A stretch of 63,443 bases of DNA, counting the filler, from Lenisia limosa (lineage: Eukaryota; Protista; Breviatea): NCBI GenBank assembly GCA_001655205.1. It is 20 parts of 20 records of this genome, joined end to end, with 100 filler letters (N's around TTAATTAATTAA, not from the genome) between each part and the next. Parts side by side here need not be neighbours in the genome. Positions count along the whole stretch, not along the records: positions 22,564 to 39,971 come from LPNZ01011370.1; positions 40,072 to 41,415 come from LPNZ01004493.1; positions 41,516 to 43,191 come from LPNZ01010442.1; positions 43,292 to 46,842 come from LPNZ01008552.1; positions 46,943 to 48,951 come from LPNZ01004351.1; positions 49,052 to 51,504 come from LPNZ01006808.1; positions 51,605 to 53,291 come from LPNZ01006790.1; positions 53,392 to 56,773 come from LPNZ01002602.1; 12 more parts are not named here. One strand, 5' to 3'. Made by a program: the position numbers and the translations under genes. Positions 39,953-53,467 of this stretch are shown one piece after another (the first letter of the stretch is position 1; every line of letters starts with the position of its first letter). A model generated the notes under the pieces. The model did not search any database and had not been told where the DNA came from. It worked only from the letters and a program-made list of their open reading frames with translations.

Positions 39953-40762
39953 ATTTGTATGTATATTGCTANNNNNNNNNNNNNNNNNNNNNNNNNNNNN
40001 NNNNNNNNNNNNNNNTTAATTAATTAANNNNNNNNNNNNNNNNNNNNNNNNNNNNNNNNNNNNNNNNNNNNTTAGGTGAATGCAAGATAGTGACCAAATT
40101 AGGGTAAACTGATTTGGACACTTCTTGCAAATAAACAAAATTGCGGATATTAATTGTCAAAATGTGAAATTGAAGTTTCCTCTTTTCAAAATTCAAAATT
40201 TGCTTCTCATCGGGTGCATTAGGCAAGCTAGTACTATATGTACGTAAAATCACTAATAAGTTAGATTGACCCGTTTTAGGCTGAGGTTGTCATTCTGAAG
40301 TGCGAAAACCAGCAGGGGTCTGATAAAGGATGGTTCTTCAAATCCCTCAGACTGTGTTTTCCCCTCCCCCAGCAAATCAAGGTGTCACATGCGGTTTATT
40401 CGGTATTCAGGGAGGGATTATTGGTAGACAGTTTGTGAATCAATCAAATGTGCATATGATACACTGATTCATTACGACGTTGATTTATTATTACACTGAT
40501 TCATTGATGCACTGATACAGATAACTCACGGAAACACAACAATTGGAACTACTGCTAGGTGGTAGAGGTCCACTCAAAATGAACATTTCACACCATGAAT
40601 TTTCCTCTAAGAAAACTAGTTTTGTTTCCTGGGAGGTGGTTTTCTGATTTTTTTGCAAGGAGTTTTCTGGCCGGAAAACACGTTGGGATTTTCCAGTAAT
40701 TTTCCTGGAAAAATTCAGTAATTTTTCTAGGAAAAGTTTTTTTCATTTTATCGTGCGCTGGA

Positions 40763-40935
40763 GCGATGAGATGCGGTGCTGCAGAAGCGACTGGCATCAA
40801 NNNNNNNNNNNNNNNNNNNNNNNNNNNNNNNNNNNNNNNNNNNNNNNNNNNNNNNNNNNNNNTGTTTTTTTTTTTGTGTTTTTTTTTCATAGAATAACCA
40901 TTTTCACACCCCCCCATCCCCTCCCCTTTTTTCCC
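40763..40935 (+). repeat. Family A element (centre masked)
   Basis: GTGCGCTGGAGCGATGAGATGCGGTGCTGCAGAAGCGACTGGC, an N run, then a T-tract/CCATTTTCAC/C-tract tail and AG. Confidence 0.7.
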
Positions 40936-41075
40936 CAAAAGTCACGCTCAGTTTCGTTTATTCATTTTTGCCCATCGCCTGAGCCAGGCTTTGTTTTGGC
41001 TTTTTTAAAACTGCTACTTGCTTTAAAACCTTCGACCTATTCTCTATAGGTGGATTTAGTGCAACAAAGATACAT

Positions 41076-41403
41076 ATGACGTCACCATATGGAGCTTAAT
41101 ATCGTACGGAAAATCTTCTTTGATTTTTGGTTCTAGTGGACGCGTTCGAAATGTCAAGAATTCTTAGGAATCTTAAGATTTTGCGTTCGAAGAGTAAATT
41201 TTTCTTAAGTTCAACTTAAATTTCGGAAGTGTCTCGGATGCCCAAGGCTCGGTGATTCTTAAGATTTGGCTGGGTTTCAAGACCCCGATAATATTATTTT
41301 TGTCCAACAAATTGATTGATTGGGCCGCGGAGAGGCCAAATGTTGGTAACCAAAAACAAAGAAGATATTGTGTACGATATTATGCTCTATATGGTGACGT
41401 CAT
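41076..41403. mobile_element. Family C MITE, 328 bp, about 57-bp TIRs
   Basis: ATGACGTCACCATATGGAGCTTAATATCGTAC..AATCTTCTTTG.TTTTTGGTT is mirrored at the right end. Confidence 0.85.
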
Positions 41404-41515
41404 GACTGACTTCTTNNNNNNNNNNNNNNNNNNNNNNNNNNNNNNNNNNNNNNNNNNNNTTAATTAATTAANNNNNNNNNNNNNNNNNNNNNNNNNNNNN
41501 NNNNNNNNNNNNNNN

Positions 41516-43191
41516 GAAACTTGTTTCCATCTACACAGCGAAGCTCACGGGTCTTCTCCACCATTCTTCTCTTCAGATGGGCATGGACAAAGGAGTCATT
41601 GGACTAAAGGTATGGGTACAAAATAATCAGTTTCTCACCTGCAAGTGTTGCGATGTCAGAGAAGGTTCAATATCAACAAGAATCACGAATACCATGAAGA
41701 ATAAGAGGCACAGCTAAAAAGTAAATTGAACATGTAAAGACATACCTCTGGTGACAGATAGATGTTATGGCCATCAGTCATTTCAAGACATGCATTTGAT
41801 GGACGACTTGAAAGTTCAACCGATTTCCTCCTTTGGGCTTGAATATACGTCGGGATCGAGAACATGGCCGGTCTTGACACTCCACCACATTTATATAAGG
41901 ATTTCGCATCTCCTTCAATAACTTCAACTGACGGGGGAAATACGTTAGGGTCACTTCTAGGATCATCAAACTCGTCTCCCCAGCTGTCTATTCTCTCCAA
42001 AGCAGATTTGAACCAAGTTCCAGTACAGGGTGCATGATGGCGAGCTCGGTCTTCTTCCTTACTCATCTCTGCAGCTTTTTCGGCAATGTCNNNNNNNNNN
42101 NNNNNNNNNNNNNNNNNNNNNNNNNNNNNNNNNNNNNNNNNNNNNNNNNNNNNNNNNNNNNNNNNNNNNNNNNNNNNNNNNNNTACTGAAGAACTTCCCC
42201 ATAAAAGCAGTCTCATCAGAGAAGAGAACTCGACTTGGAGAAATAGAAACAGTGGGGGTAGATTCCAAATAGGCTTTTGAGAGAGTTCGAACAGCTTTCA
42301 TAGCACGTTGATGTTTCGATTTTTCAACAATTGTTTCAACTGACTCAAGAATTGATTTGACAGGTTCAGAGAAACTTTCCATTGCACAGCTCCGAACTTC
42401 TTCCAAGATAGGTGATAATTGCTTTGAAAGGTTGATGCGCGGGTCTTTATGGAGAGTCAAAAACAAAGATGAGGCATACCGTTACTGCGGCATTTATCAG
42501 AAATTAGCCTACAAACTGATATATAGTTTGAGATAATTGATTCTCTTGCAAAAAAGAGCTTCCATTCTTCCACAGCTTTANNNNNNNNNNNNNNNNNNNN
42601 NNNNNNNNNNNNNNNNNNNNNNNNNNNNNNNNNNNNNNNNNNNNNNNNNNNNNNNNNNNNNNNNNNNNNNNNNNNNNNNNNNNNNNNNNNNNNNNNNNNN
42701 NNNNNNNNNNNNNNNACCATGCTGCTTTGCAAGCTGAGAAACAGTTTTGTGATCAATATGTAAGCCTTTCTAAAGAATCAACAAAGACAAAAAAAAGGCT
42801 TACTGAGTGAATGTCTTTGATTTTTGAGATAGTTTGACGGATTTTCTTCTATCAGTTTTCCGTCCAGGGATAATATTGTAAACAGGCTTTCCTAAATATG
42901 AGATGATGCCATGCATTCAAACCTTCTTTATATCTATCAAATGCCCTCTTGAATACTTGGGGGTGAATANNNNNNNNNNAATCAAAGCCTATACATGCAT
43001 GTTTTATATACTTCATTGCTCTGATAATTGATTGTAGACCCGCCCGTTAAAGAGGGTGTACTCCACCTAAAACAATGTGATCATAAAGAAATGGGTCTTA
43101 CCTGACATTTCCTTTGTCGATTCATGTCCATGGATGACTGTTCAATCGATTCATTCAGAAGAGTATACGCTGTACTTCTGGATACTGAAAC
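41516..43191 (-). CDS. Hypothetical multi-exon protein, partial
   Basis: Long open frames (42059-42466, 41683-42216) with GT-AG introns. No family recognised. Confidence 0.5.
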
Positions 43192-43291
43192 NNNNNNNNN
43201 NNNNNNNNNNNNNNNNNNNNNNNNNNNNNNNNNNNTTAATTAATTAANNNNNNNNNNNNNNNNNNNNNNNNNNNNNNNNNNNNNNNNNNNN

Positions 43292-46200
43292 CACCTCGAA
43301 TCCGCCAGGCCACGTGGGACTGTTTTCGTCATCATCATATTGAACTTGGTTCGCCCAATTGCCGCCCCAATTAAACCGAGTTTCCTTGGTCTCTATCTCC
43401 ACCATCGCGCCGCTGGCAATGGGATACGCAATGGCTCGAATAACGCAGGTCCAGAGACTGGGTAAGGAGGCCAAAGAAGCGAGTTGAACCGAGCCACGAG
43501 GAATAAGCACCTCTGAGCCTGCTTTGACCAGGCCAATGTCAACATTATATCGCTGGAGGGTTGCGGCCGGGGGGAGGGCCGGAAGAATGTCCGAGGTCAA
43601 TAAGGAAGTTGCCATAACGGGAAGAGGGGCCTGTGGCGGCGCCGTAGTGTTTGATGGGGGGAGTGAGGTCACTGACAATTCGGCCCCTTCAGAGACTACA
43701 GCGGCTGCTTTGACCTGGACGGCCACGGATTCCACTGCTCCTGTGCAGCTGAGAGTACCTCGGAACTGCTCTCCACTGGGGGTCTTGAGCCTGGGGGAGA
43801 GGGTGAAACTGGGAAGGGTACATAAAAAACAAATGCCAAGATCAACCCTGTTGGCTATTAACACGTGCAATACGACAAATTTTATGAAACTTATAAAAAA
43901 ACACCAAAAATTAGTAGGTCTTGTATAAAAGGGATAGGAGAATGCTGATTCGAGAAGCCCCACACACCACCATGGCGCAGCGTAGACGGTATTGGCCTTC
44001 CGCGGGCGAGCAAGCCAAACGACACTGAACTCAGTGCGCGGCGGAATGGAGAGCCTCCAGGCATGGCTCATTTCAAGGTCGTCGAGCTCCTCGTCAGGGG
44101 CAACGCTGGAGGACATGTAGGATCGAAGTGAGGTCTGGGCCTCCTAGGGGGGGNNNNNNNNNNNNNNNNNNNNNNNNNNNNNNNNNNNNNNNNNNNNNNN
44201 NNNNNNNNNNNNNNNNNNNNNNNNNNNNNNNNNNNNNNNNNNNNNNNNNNNNNNNNNNNNNNNNNNNNNNNNNNNNNNNNNNCAAAAAGAAAAAAGAAAT
44301 CAACTCATGGATAATGAAACAACAATAACCCCTGTGTAAAATTCTCAGAGCACACGTGGGAATCCAACCGTGGTTGAAATCATCTTTTGTTCAAATAACG
44401 CCCAAATAGTTGAATATTAACCAAACCAACGAGAGCCTCATACCTTGGCTGCCTCACCCGCTTCTTTTTTGCTGTGATGATTGTGCTAAGAAGAATAAGA
44501 GAAAAATGGAATAGCAGTTGAAATGCCCCTTTCAATACACCAGAAAAAGCGGCGAGGTAATGATTTTTAGCATAAGTAGATGGCAAGGTACACTGACCAA
44601 GATAGCATAAATAGATGGCAAGGTACACTGACCAAGATAGCATAAATAGATGGCAAGGTACACTGACCAGGATAACATACATAGATGGTACACTGACCAA
44701 GATAGCATAAATAGATGGCAAGGTACACTGAACAGGATAGCATAAAGAGATGGCAAGGTACACTGACCAGGATAGCATAAATAGATGGCAAGGTACACTA
44801 CCAGGATAGAATAGATGGTAAGGTTCACTGTCCAGGATAAGTCTTGACCGATTTACTACGGAATTCCATGATGAAAATCGGTCACTACTTATCCCTGTCA
44901 CTGTATGTGTAACTGATGAATGTTGGAACGATCACCAAAGTGAATAAGATATATTGCTTTTCAACAATTAATTAACAGTCTCATTTCATACCAGGGAACA
45001 GGACTAATACCCCCCCTCCCCACGCTAAACTCGCGACAGAGGGCCTGGGCCTCAAAATTGGACAGGATGGTTGGCTCCATTGAAGAGGCAAGCGCAAAGA
45101 TGGGATGATCGCCTCTGACTTGAGCCGGGGGGTTGATAGGCCCGTTACTGGTCACGTGACCTCTGACCACGATAACTGACACGTCATCGTCACAGGTGTT
45201 CCGGAGAAGAATAGACATCGGCTTGCTGGGGTAGACAATGCTCAGTTTTCCCCATATAGCGTCAATGCCCTGGGGGGCCTGGAGGCGAGGAACCCGAATC
45301 GTGGCTTGAATCACTAATTTCGTATTCTCTTCCGTGGAGGTTTGAGATGGCAGCGCGAATTGAACTGAAAACTGCAAGGTTAATAATATATCAAATCTTG
45401 GGGTAACGATAATAGCAAATATGAGAACTCCAATCATCAATCAAATACCAGNNNNNNNNNNNNNNNNNNNNNNNNNNNNNNNNNNNNNNNNNNNNNNNNN
45501 NNNNNNNNNNNNNNNNNNNNNNNNNNNNNNNNNNNNNNNNNNNNNNNNNNNNNNNNNNNNNNNNNNNNNNNNNNNNNNNNNNNNNNNNNNNNNNNNNNNN
45601 NNNNNNNNNNNNNNNNNNNNNNNNNNNNNNNNNNNNNNNNNNNNNNNNGTCTGTTCCTCCTCAAAAAGTACCTTGATCGGAGACAACGATGTGGTGGTAA
45701 GCCGAACTGAGATCTTCACAGACTCCCCGGGATTCAGAATTCCATTCTGAAAGCGTAATTTGAGGGAAGGTTTTTGATGAAAGAATAAGATGATAGAAAA
45801 GTAATTTGAATATGATGAATCAACTACCCCCCCCNNNNNNNNNNNNNNNNNNNNNNNNNNNNNNNNNNNNNNNNNNNNNNNNNNNNNNNNNNNNNNNNNN
45901 NNNNNNNNNNNNNNNNNNNNNNNNNNNNNNNNNNNNNNNNNNNNNNNNNNNNNNNNNNNNNNNNNNNNNNNNNNNCTGTTCCTGAATTTCGGATCTCAAC
46001 TTCCTGCGGGGGTGTTAACTCGACATTAAGAAGAGATAAATACAATAAAAAACACTTTCAATCACAGCCCAACTCTCTTTCTATATTTTTACACGTTAAG
46101 TTTCCAATTGTTTGCACCTCAGACCTTCTCCGTGGTGAGCCCCAGAAAGACTTGCTCGAAGTCTAGGACGGGAGTGACAACCTCGAGTACTGCCCACCCC

Positions 46201-46590
46201 AGCTCGGCAGTCACGGGAATCTTGACACGAGCTTCCTTACCGTTGGCAACTTGGGGATACCTGGGAGGAGAGTAATGGAAATGTATGAAAGCCAACCATC
46301 AATCCAAAATAAAATCTGTTGGCTACATGGTTATTACTAGCGCTTCCCTACGTCCAAAAAAGACCCGTAAAATATCGATAATTATAGAGAGTATTGGAAA
46401 GTAGTCTTTTTTTGGGACCGCAGAGAAGCCCTAGCCAAAGCAAATTGATCCAATATTTGTAATACCTCGAAGAAATTGAAGAAGTTCTTCATAATCCCAT
46501 GAGCATTTTGTATACCCCCCCCCCTTACACGAGTTCAAGAACACCAGTAAGGTCAGTGACGTTTTCCGCAGCTGCTTTAAGGGCAACCTA
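43292..46590 (-). CDS. Large hypothetical protein with beta-sandwich-like segments (possibly ASH/Ig-like, Hydin/CFAP-type), partial
   Basis: Many GT-AG exons, such as YPQVANGKEARVKIPVTAELGWAVLEVVTPVLDFEQVFLGLTTEK and GILNPGESVKISVRLTT. The family assignment is inference only. Confidence 0.4.
43791..43872 (-). repeat. Family A element, degenerate, ending at a 3' splice site
   Basis: Reverse complement TGTTAATAGCCAACAGGGTTGATCTTGGC...CCCAGTTTCAC-Cn-AG. Confidence 0.65.
44569..44838 (+). repeat. 35-bp minisatellite, about 8 copies
   Basis: AGCATAAATAGATGGCAAGGTACACTGACCA(A/G)GAT head-to-tail with no spacers. Confidence 0.95.
46340..46431. mobile_element. Family B MITE with TA on both sides
   Basis: TA|GCGCTTCCCTACGTCCAAAAAAGAC...GTCTTTTTTTGGGACCGCAGAGAAGCCC|TA. 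Confidence 0.8.
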
Positions 46591-46635
46591 AAGAGGTCAG
46601 TGCAGCAGCCTCCTGAGCATCACTCCAGCGTAAGT

Positions 46636-46748
46636 AAAATTGGAAAAGTTACGAAACAAAAAAAAAACCCGAAATCAACTCTGTTGCTGACAACATACGA
46701 GGGTTGAAAACAACAAAACAACAAAATAAATAAAGCGCATCCTATCCC
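46636..46748 (-). repeat. Family A element
   Basis: Reverse complement GGATGCG..TTGTTGTTTTCAACCCTCGTATGTTGTCAGCAACAGAGTTGATTTCGGG-Tn-TTTTCCAATTTTAC, followed by a CGCTGGAGTGATG start fragment and then an acceptor. Confidence 0.8.
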
Positions 46749-46974
46749 TTTACGTGCGGGTGTGATGGAGGGCGAAGGCTTGGTAAAGGGCAATTAGCCA
46801 CAAAACATGATAATAACCCACAATCCTGCATAACCCCCACACNNNNNNNNNNNNNNNNNNNNNNNNNNNNNNNNNNNNNNNNNNNNTTAATTAATTAANN
46901 NNNNNNNNNNNNNNNNNNNNNNNNNNNNNNNNNNNNNNNNNNTTTTTGACCCCCCTCCCCCACTTCTGGACCCG

Positions 46975-48900
<1,926 letters not shown>

Positions 48901-49051
48901 TATGATTAGATATAGCAATGAGATATAAAAAATAAGGATGAATCTGGCCGANNNNNNNNNNNNNNNNNNNNNNNNNNNNNNNNNNNNNNNNNNNNTTAAT
49001 TAATTAANNNNNNNNNNNNNNNNNNNNNNNNNNNNNNNNNNNNNNNNNNNN

Positions 49052-49088
49052 AACAAACAAAGCCCAGGCTAGTCGCTTCTGCAGCACC
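49052..49088 (-). repeat. Family A fragment at contig end
   Basis: Reverse complement GGTGCTGCAGAAGCGACTAGCCTGGGCTTTGTTTGTT. Confidence 0.75.
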
Positions 49089-49149
49089 ATAAGTTGAAAC
49101 AGCTGAACTGAACTGGCTGGAAGTTTTACCATTTCATCGGGCATTTACG

Positions 49150-51240
49150 AGTCAAATGAGCCTCAAAAGACCCCCAAACGGTTTCGATGGCGACCGGCGC
49201 GGGACGTGATGAGGGAGGGAGAATGTTGGAGGCCATACCGGGGATCTTGACCGGACCTAATGATTCGTCGGAGGGGAAGAGGTTTAAGGGGTCCTGGGGG
49301 AGGGGTGGTGGTCATTTATATTTCGCTGAGAAGTTAAATAGGTGGATGGAATTTCAAATACCATTCGAGGTGTGAGCGCGGAAGTATGGTAATGTGTTTA
49401 TGGAATCAAAAAACATGTATGTGGGTCCTCAAAGCTCCGGCATCATTCAAATTCCCGGACACATCAAAACTCCCGGACAGCTTGAAGTTGACACCTTGTA
49501 TAGGCTATTGCTAGTGTTTTTTGAAAAATGCTTCGACAGATACATAGAGAAATGGACCTCCTAATGTTCCCTAACTTTTTTTTCAATTTTGAGCAAATGT
49601 CAAAAATCCCTGAATTTGGTCTCCCGGGGGTCCCCCTTTTGCCTTTTCACAGGATTTTTCTGAATCTTACNNNNNNNNNNNNNNNNNNNNNNNNNNNNNN
49701 NNNNNNNNNNNNNNNNNNNNNNNNNNNNNNNNNNNNNNNNNNNNNNNNNNNNNNNNNNNNNNNNNNNNNNNNNNNNNNNNNNNNNNNNNNNNNNNNNNNN
49801 NNNNNNNNNNNNNNNNNNNNNNNNNNNNNNNNNNNNNNNNNNNNNNNNNNNNNNNNNNNNNNNNNNNNNNNNNNNNNNNNNNNNNNNNNNNNNNNNNNNN
49901 NNNNNNNNNNNNNNNNNNNNNNGTGTCCGGAGCTTTGACTATACATATATGATATAGTATTTATGATATGAGATTTCTCATGTACTATATTATTTCTCTT
50001 GTCAAAGAAACACTATTCTGTAACGTTGAATTATTTGCCTACTTTTGACCGCTGAGAGGGAAGAGCCATGGGTTGTTGTGAAGGCTGAAGAGGAGTTAGA
50101 ATGAACAAGAGGAATTCTTATGGTATGCCCAGGTACTATCCCGCAATACAGTCTATTTCGACCGAAAAGCCCAAGAACACTTTCTTTCGATACTTGACAA
50201 AATAAAAAGCAAAAATACAGAGTTGCAAACTTGTGTTTGGTGGACCCTGGGGGCAAAGGGGGCCTTGAGGGGAGCAGGCGCAGGTACACGCTCTGAGAAT
50301 GTCAAAGCAAATCTTGTTTAGAAGTTATGTGATCATAGTCGACCTCCAAAAAAGAAAGAATGTCATATTGCAGAAAATAGTAAAAAGAGAGAATATCATA
50401 TTGCAGAAAAATAGTAATCCTTATTAATGTAAGTTAATGATGATGATGTAAATCACTTCCCTTGTTGCTTCAATACCACGCTCATTTAACCGCATTTCCC
50501 GAGTTTCAGATTATTCGGTTCGTGATAAGTACCTTTACGCAAATATTCTTTGTCGAAATTTCCTTCCCCCCCCCCCNNNNNNNNNNNNNNNNNNNNNNNN
50601 NNNNNNNNNNNNNNNNNNGGTAGGCATCCTCGGTACGGCGGCGTCGGGGATACGAGGTAACGGCTTGGGAGGCGCCTCCTTCACTGCCGGCACCGATATG
50701 ACCTCTGTGAAGAGCCCCTTGTCCGGCACGGGCTCGTCTCGGGCCAGCTCCTTCCTGGCCTGGAAGGGGGCCTCGCGCGGCAGCTCCTTGGTTGTTTGGA
50801 ATGGGGCATCCCTAGGTAACTCGCGTTTGGACTGGAACGGTGCGGGCTTCTTAACTTTGTTTGCGAGAGCCGGGACGGGAGGACTGTCGGCGGCCTTCTT
50901 TCGGTTCCGCATTGAGCTGCTGAGTGAGCACGTGACCAGTGGGAGTAAAATTGAATTTATGAAACAAAAAAAAAAGCCCAAAAACCTCATTAGAAATCGC
51001 CAGGTCTACCTAAGTAGGCTTCCCTTCAGTCCCATATCTCGATAAATCCTCGATACGTATAAACACGATATTTAAACGGTCTTTTCAGGACCGCAGGGAA
51101 GCCCTATACCTAAGAGAGGGGATTGTGGTCTTCTTTGGAGGAGACACTGATATTTCGAGTTTGACTGGTTTGGGAAGGGGGGCTGGGTGGAGGCTGGGCT
51201 TGGCTTCTTCCCTCTACAAACTTGTGAGAAGGGTCGAAGG
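49150..51240 (-). CDS. Hypothetical Pro/Lys-rich protein with a 12-aa repeat x3, partial
   Basis: Exon 50580-50920 has APFQSKRELPRD/APFQTTKELPRE/APFQARKELARD; other GT-AG exons flank it. Confidence 0.55.
49419..49947. mobile_element. Family D TIR element (~530 bp, interior masked)
   Basis: Left end TCAAAGCTCCGG-CA and right end TGTCCGGAGCTTTGA (49923-49938) are inverted; the left 190 bp match 29537-29729. Confidence 0.75.
51017..51104. mobile_element. Family B MITE abutting a 5' splice site
   Basis: TA|GGCTTCCCT...GATAAATCCTCGAT...GGACCGCAGGGAAGCCC|TA; the minus-strand donor GT is at 51109. Confidence 0.8.
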
Positions 51241-51369
51241 TTCGTCACCCCATCGTACTGTTTCATAGGATTTCAACAATTATATTGTTCTCCAATGCAC
51301 AAAAGAGGCAAAACAATGTATGACGAAAAAATATATAGAACAACATTCTCTCTTTATAATCGTATCAAG

Positions 51370-51460
51370 CGAACCATCATACCACGGAAGGCTTGGCCAA
51401 TCTAACCATCATACCACGGGAGGCTTGGCCAATCGAACCATCATACCACGGGAGGCTTGG
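51370..51460 (+). repeat. 32-bp tandem repeat x3
   Basis: C(G/T)AACCATCATACCACGG(A/G)AGGCTTGGCCAAT. Confidence 0.9.
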
Positions 51461-51642
51461 GGAGGGGCTTAGGCGCCTTAGGTTTCTCAGTTGGACGCAT
51501 GGCGNNNNNNNNNNNNNNNNNNNNNNNNNNNNNNNNNNNNNNNNNNNNTTAATTAATTAANNNNNNNNNNNNNNNNNNNNNNNNNNNNNNNNNNNNNNNN
51601 NNNNCCCCCCCCCCCTCTCTCTCTCTCTCACACACACCCATA

Positions 51643-53291
51643 GTCCTCCTGGAAGTCCCAGATGAAGCCGATTCCAATGAGGCTCTCACCTGCAACCCCT
51701 CTTTGCCGCCCGAGAAGACAGAGAAGTCTTATAATGCGAGGTTTGTGTATTATGTTATATATACTTTTAAACAATACCTATTAATAAGCGTGATGAGGTG
51801 GACGGCTTGCCAGATACAACCTTATTTTTTTTTATTTCTTATTGCTAAATATATTATAATATAGTTTATCTTATAAGCGTGATGGTGTNNNNNNNNNNNN
51901 NNNNNNNNNNNNNNNNNNNNNNNNNNNNNNNNNNNNNNNNNNNNNNNNNNNNNNNNNNNNNNNNNNNNNNNNNNNNNNNNNNNNNNNNNNNNNNNNNNNN
52001 NNNNNNNNNNNNNNNNNNNNNNNNNNNNNNNNNNNNNNNNNNNNNNNNNNNNNNNNNNNNNNNNAAATATTATGATTATTAATTATTAATAACAGCTACT
52101 TTTAATATTAATTGAAGGATAATGATTTTCTCCTAAATACGAAATTACCCCGAATCAGGGTCATCCCGGTTGTCCAAAAGAGGCAAGCCGCTCCACTGAC
52201 GTCATCACCCAAAAAGGCAAGAAAACCGGTAAAGCAGTCCGCGAATAGCCCGGCCCGTGCCACTTTGAAGCTGCGCCCCCCNNNNNNNNNNNNNNNNNNN
52301 NNNNNNNNNNNNNNNNNNNNNNNNNNNNNNNNNNNNNNNNNNNNNNNNNNNNNNNNNNNNNNNNNNNNNNNNNNNNNNNNNNNNNNNNNNNNNNNNNNNN
52401 NNNNNNNNNNNNNNNNNNNNNNNNNNNNNNNNNNNNNNNNNNNNNNNNNNNNNNNNNNNNNNNNNNNNNNNNNNNNNNNNNNNNNNNNNNNNNNNNNNNN
52501 NNNNNNNNNNNNNNNNNNNNNNNNNNNNNAGGTAGCGCCGGAGCCCCAGATAGTCCCATCAGCCCGATCTGTTATCCCGTCCCGCTCGCCAAAGCTCGAC
52601 ACGCAAATGACGAAGGACATGGAGCGTCGGCGCGCAATGCTCTTGGCACAAGCGCGCTCACCGTATCATCAGCAGAAGCCGATAGAGGTCCTGGTCCGGC
52701 CTAAGGACCCGATTACCCCGGTATTAGGCCGAAATCCGATTGCGCCAACCTCACGCGCAACGCCTGTCAGTTCCCCGATTCGTCCCATCACAGCACAGAA
52801 CTCCAATCTTGTCACCACACCTGCTCACACGTCCGGTGCAAAAGTCCCTCAAAATACAACTGGAGAAGAGAAACTGTTCCTGCCACCTCTCATCTCAAAC
52901 AATACCTCTTCCAAGACTTCCGGAGACGTTGTGAACCCTCATTCTCCTCTCGGTCCAGTTCGTGGAAACGATGCCTCCCTTCAGCCTGCTGCAACTGGTG
53001 CTATTAATGTTAATGTAACCACACGCATTACTCCAGTGCCACCCCACACCGTGGCCCCCATTACCGCCGCCACCGGATCTGTAGCCCCTCTCACTTCCAC
53101 ACCCTTGACTGCGGAGCCAGATCGAGCTAGATCACCCAAGACAAGTACAACGCTGAGACTCATGCCAATGACGCCAAATACACCAACAATTGCGCCAATT
53201 ACGCAAAATACCCCCTTCACCCCGGCTGTAATACCTCCTACCGCCTCTCCAATCGCCCCAATCACTGCTTCCCGCACTCCGATTACCCCCG
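51643..53291 (+). CDS. Hypothetical Pro/Thr/Ser-rich low-complexity protein, partial
   Basis: Open frame 52112-53291 with recurrent (A/S)PIT(P/A/Q) motifs; an upstream GT-AG exon lies at about 51643-51740. Confidence 0.55.
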
Positions 53292-53467
53292 NNNNNNNNN
53301 NNNNNNNNNNNNNNNNNNNNNNNNNNNNNNNNNNNTTAATTAATTAANNNNNNNNNNNNNNNNNNNNNNNNNNNNNNNNNNNNNNNNNNNNTAGGAAGGG
53401 TAAAGGAGTAACGCTATGTATGTAGCATAGACCACAATACACTATTTCAGTGTTGGACCCCCGGGCA

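Noticed and set aside
41516-42100. PIKK kinase domain
   Set aside because: VEVI...SRP resembled the PIKK entry segment, but no KxxEDLRQD or DRH motif follows.
44569-44838. 35-bp array as a CRISPR locus
   Set aside because: Units are head-to-tail with no unique spacers, there are no cas genes, and the context is eukaryotic. The same applies to the 27-, 32- and 21-bp arrays.
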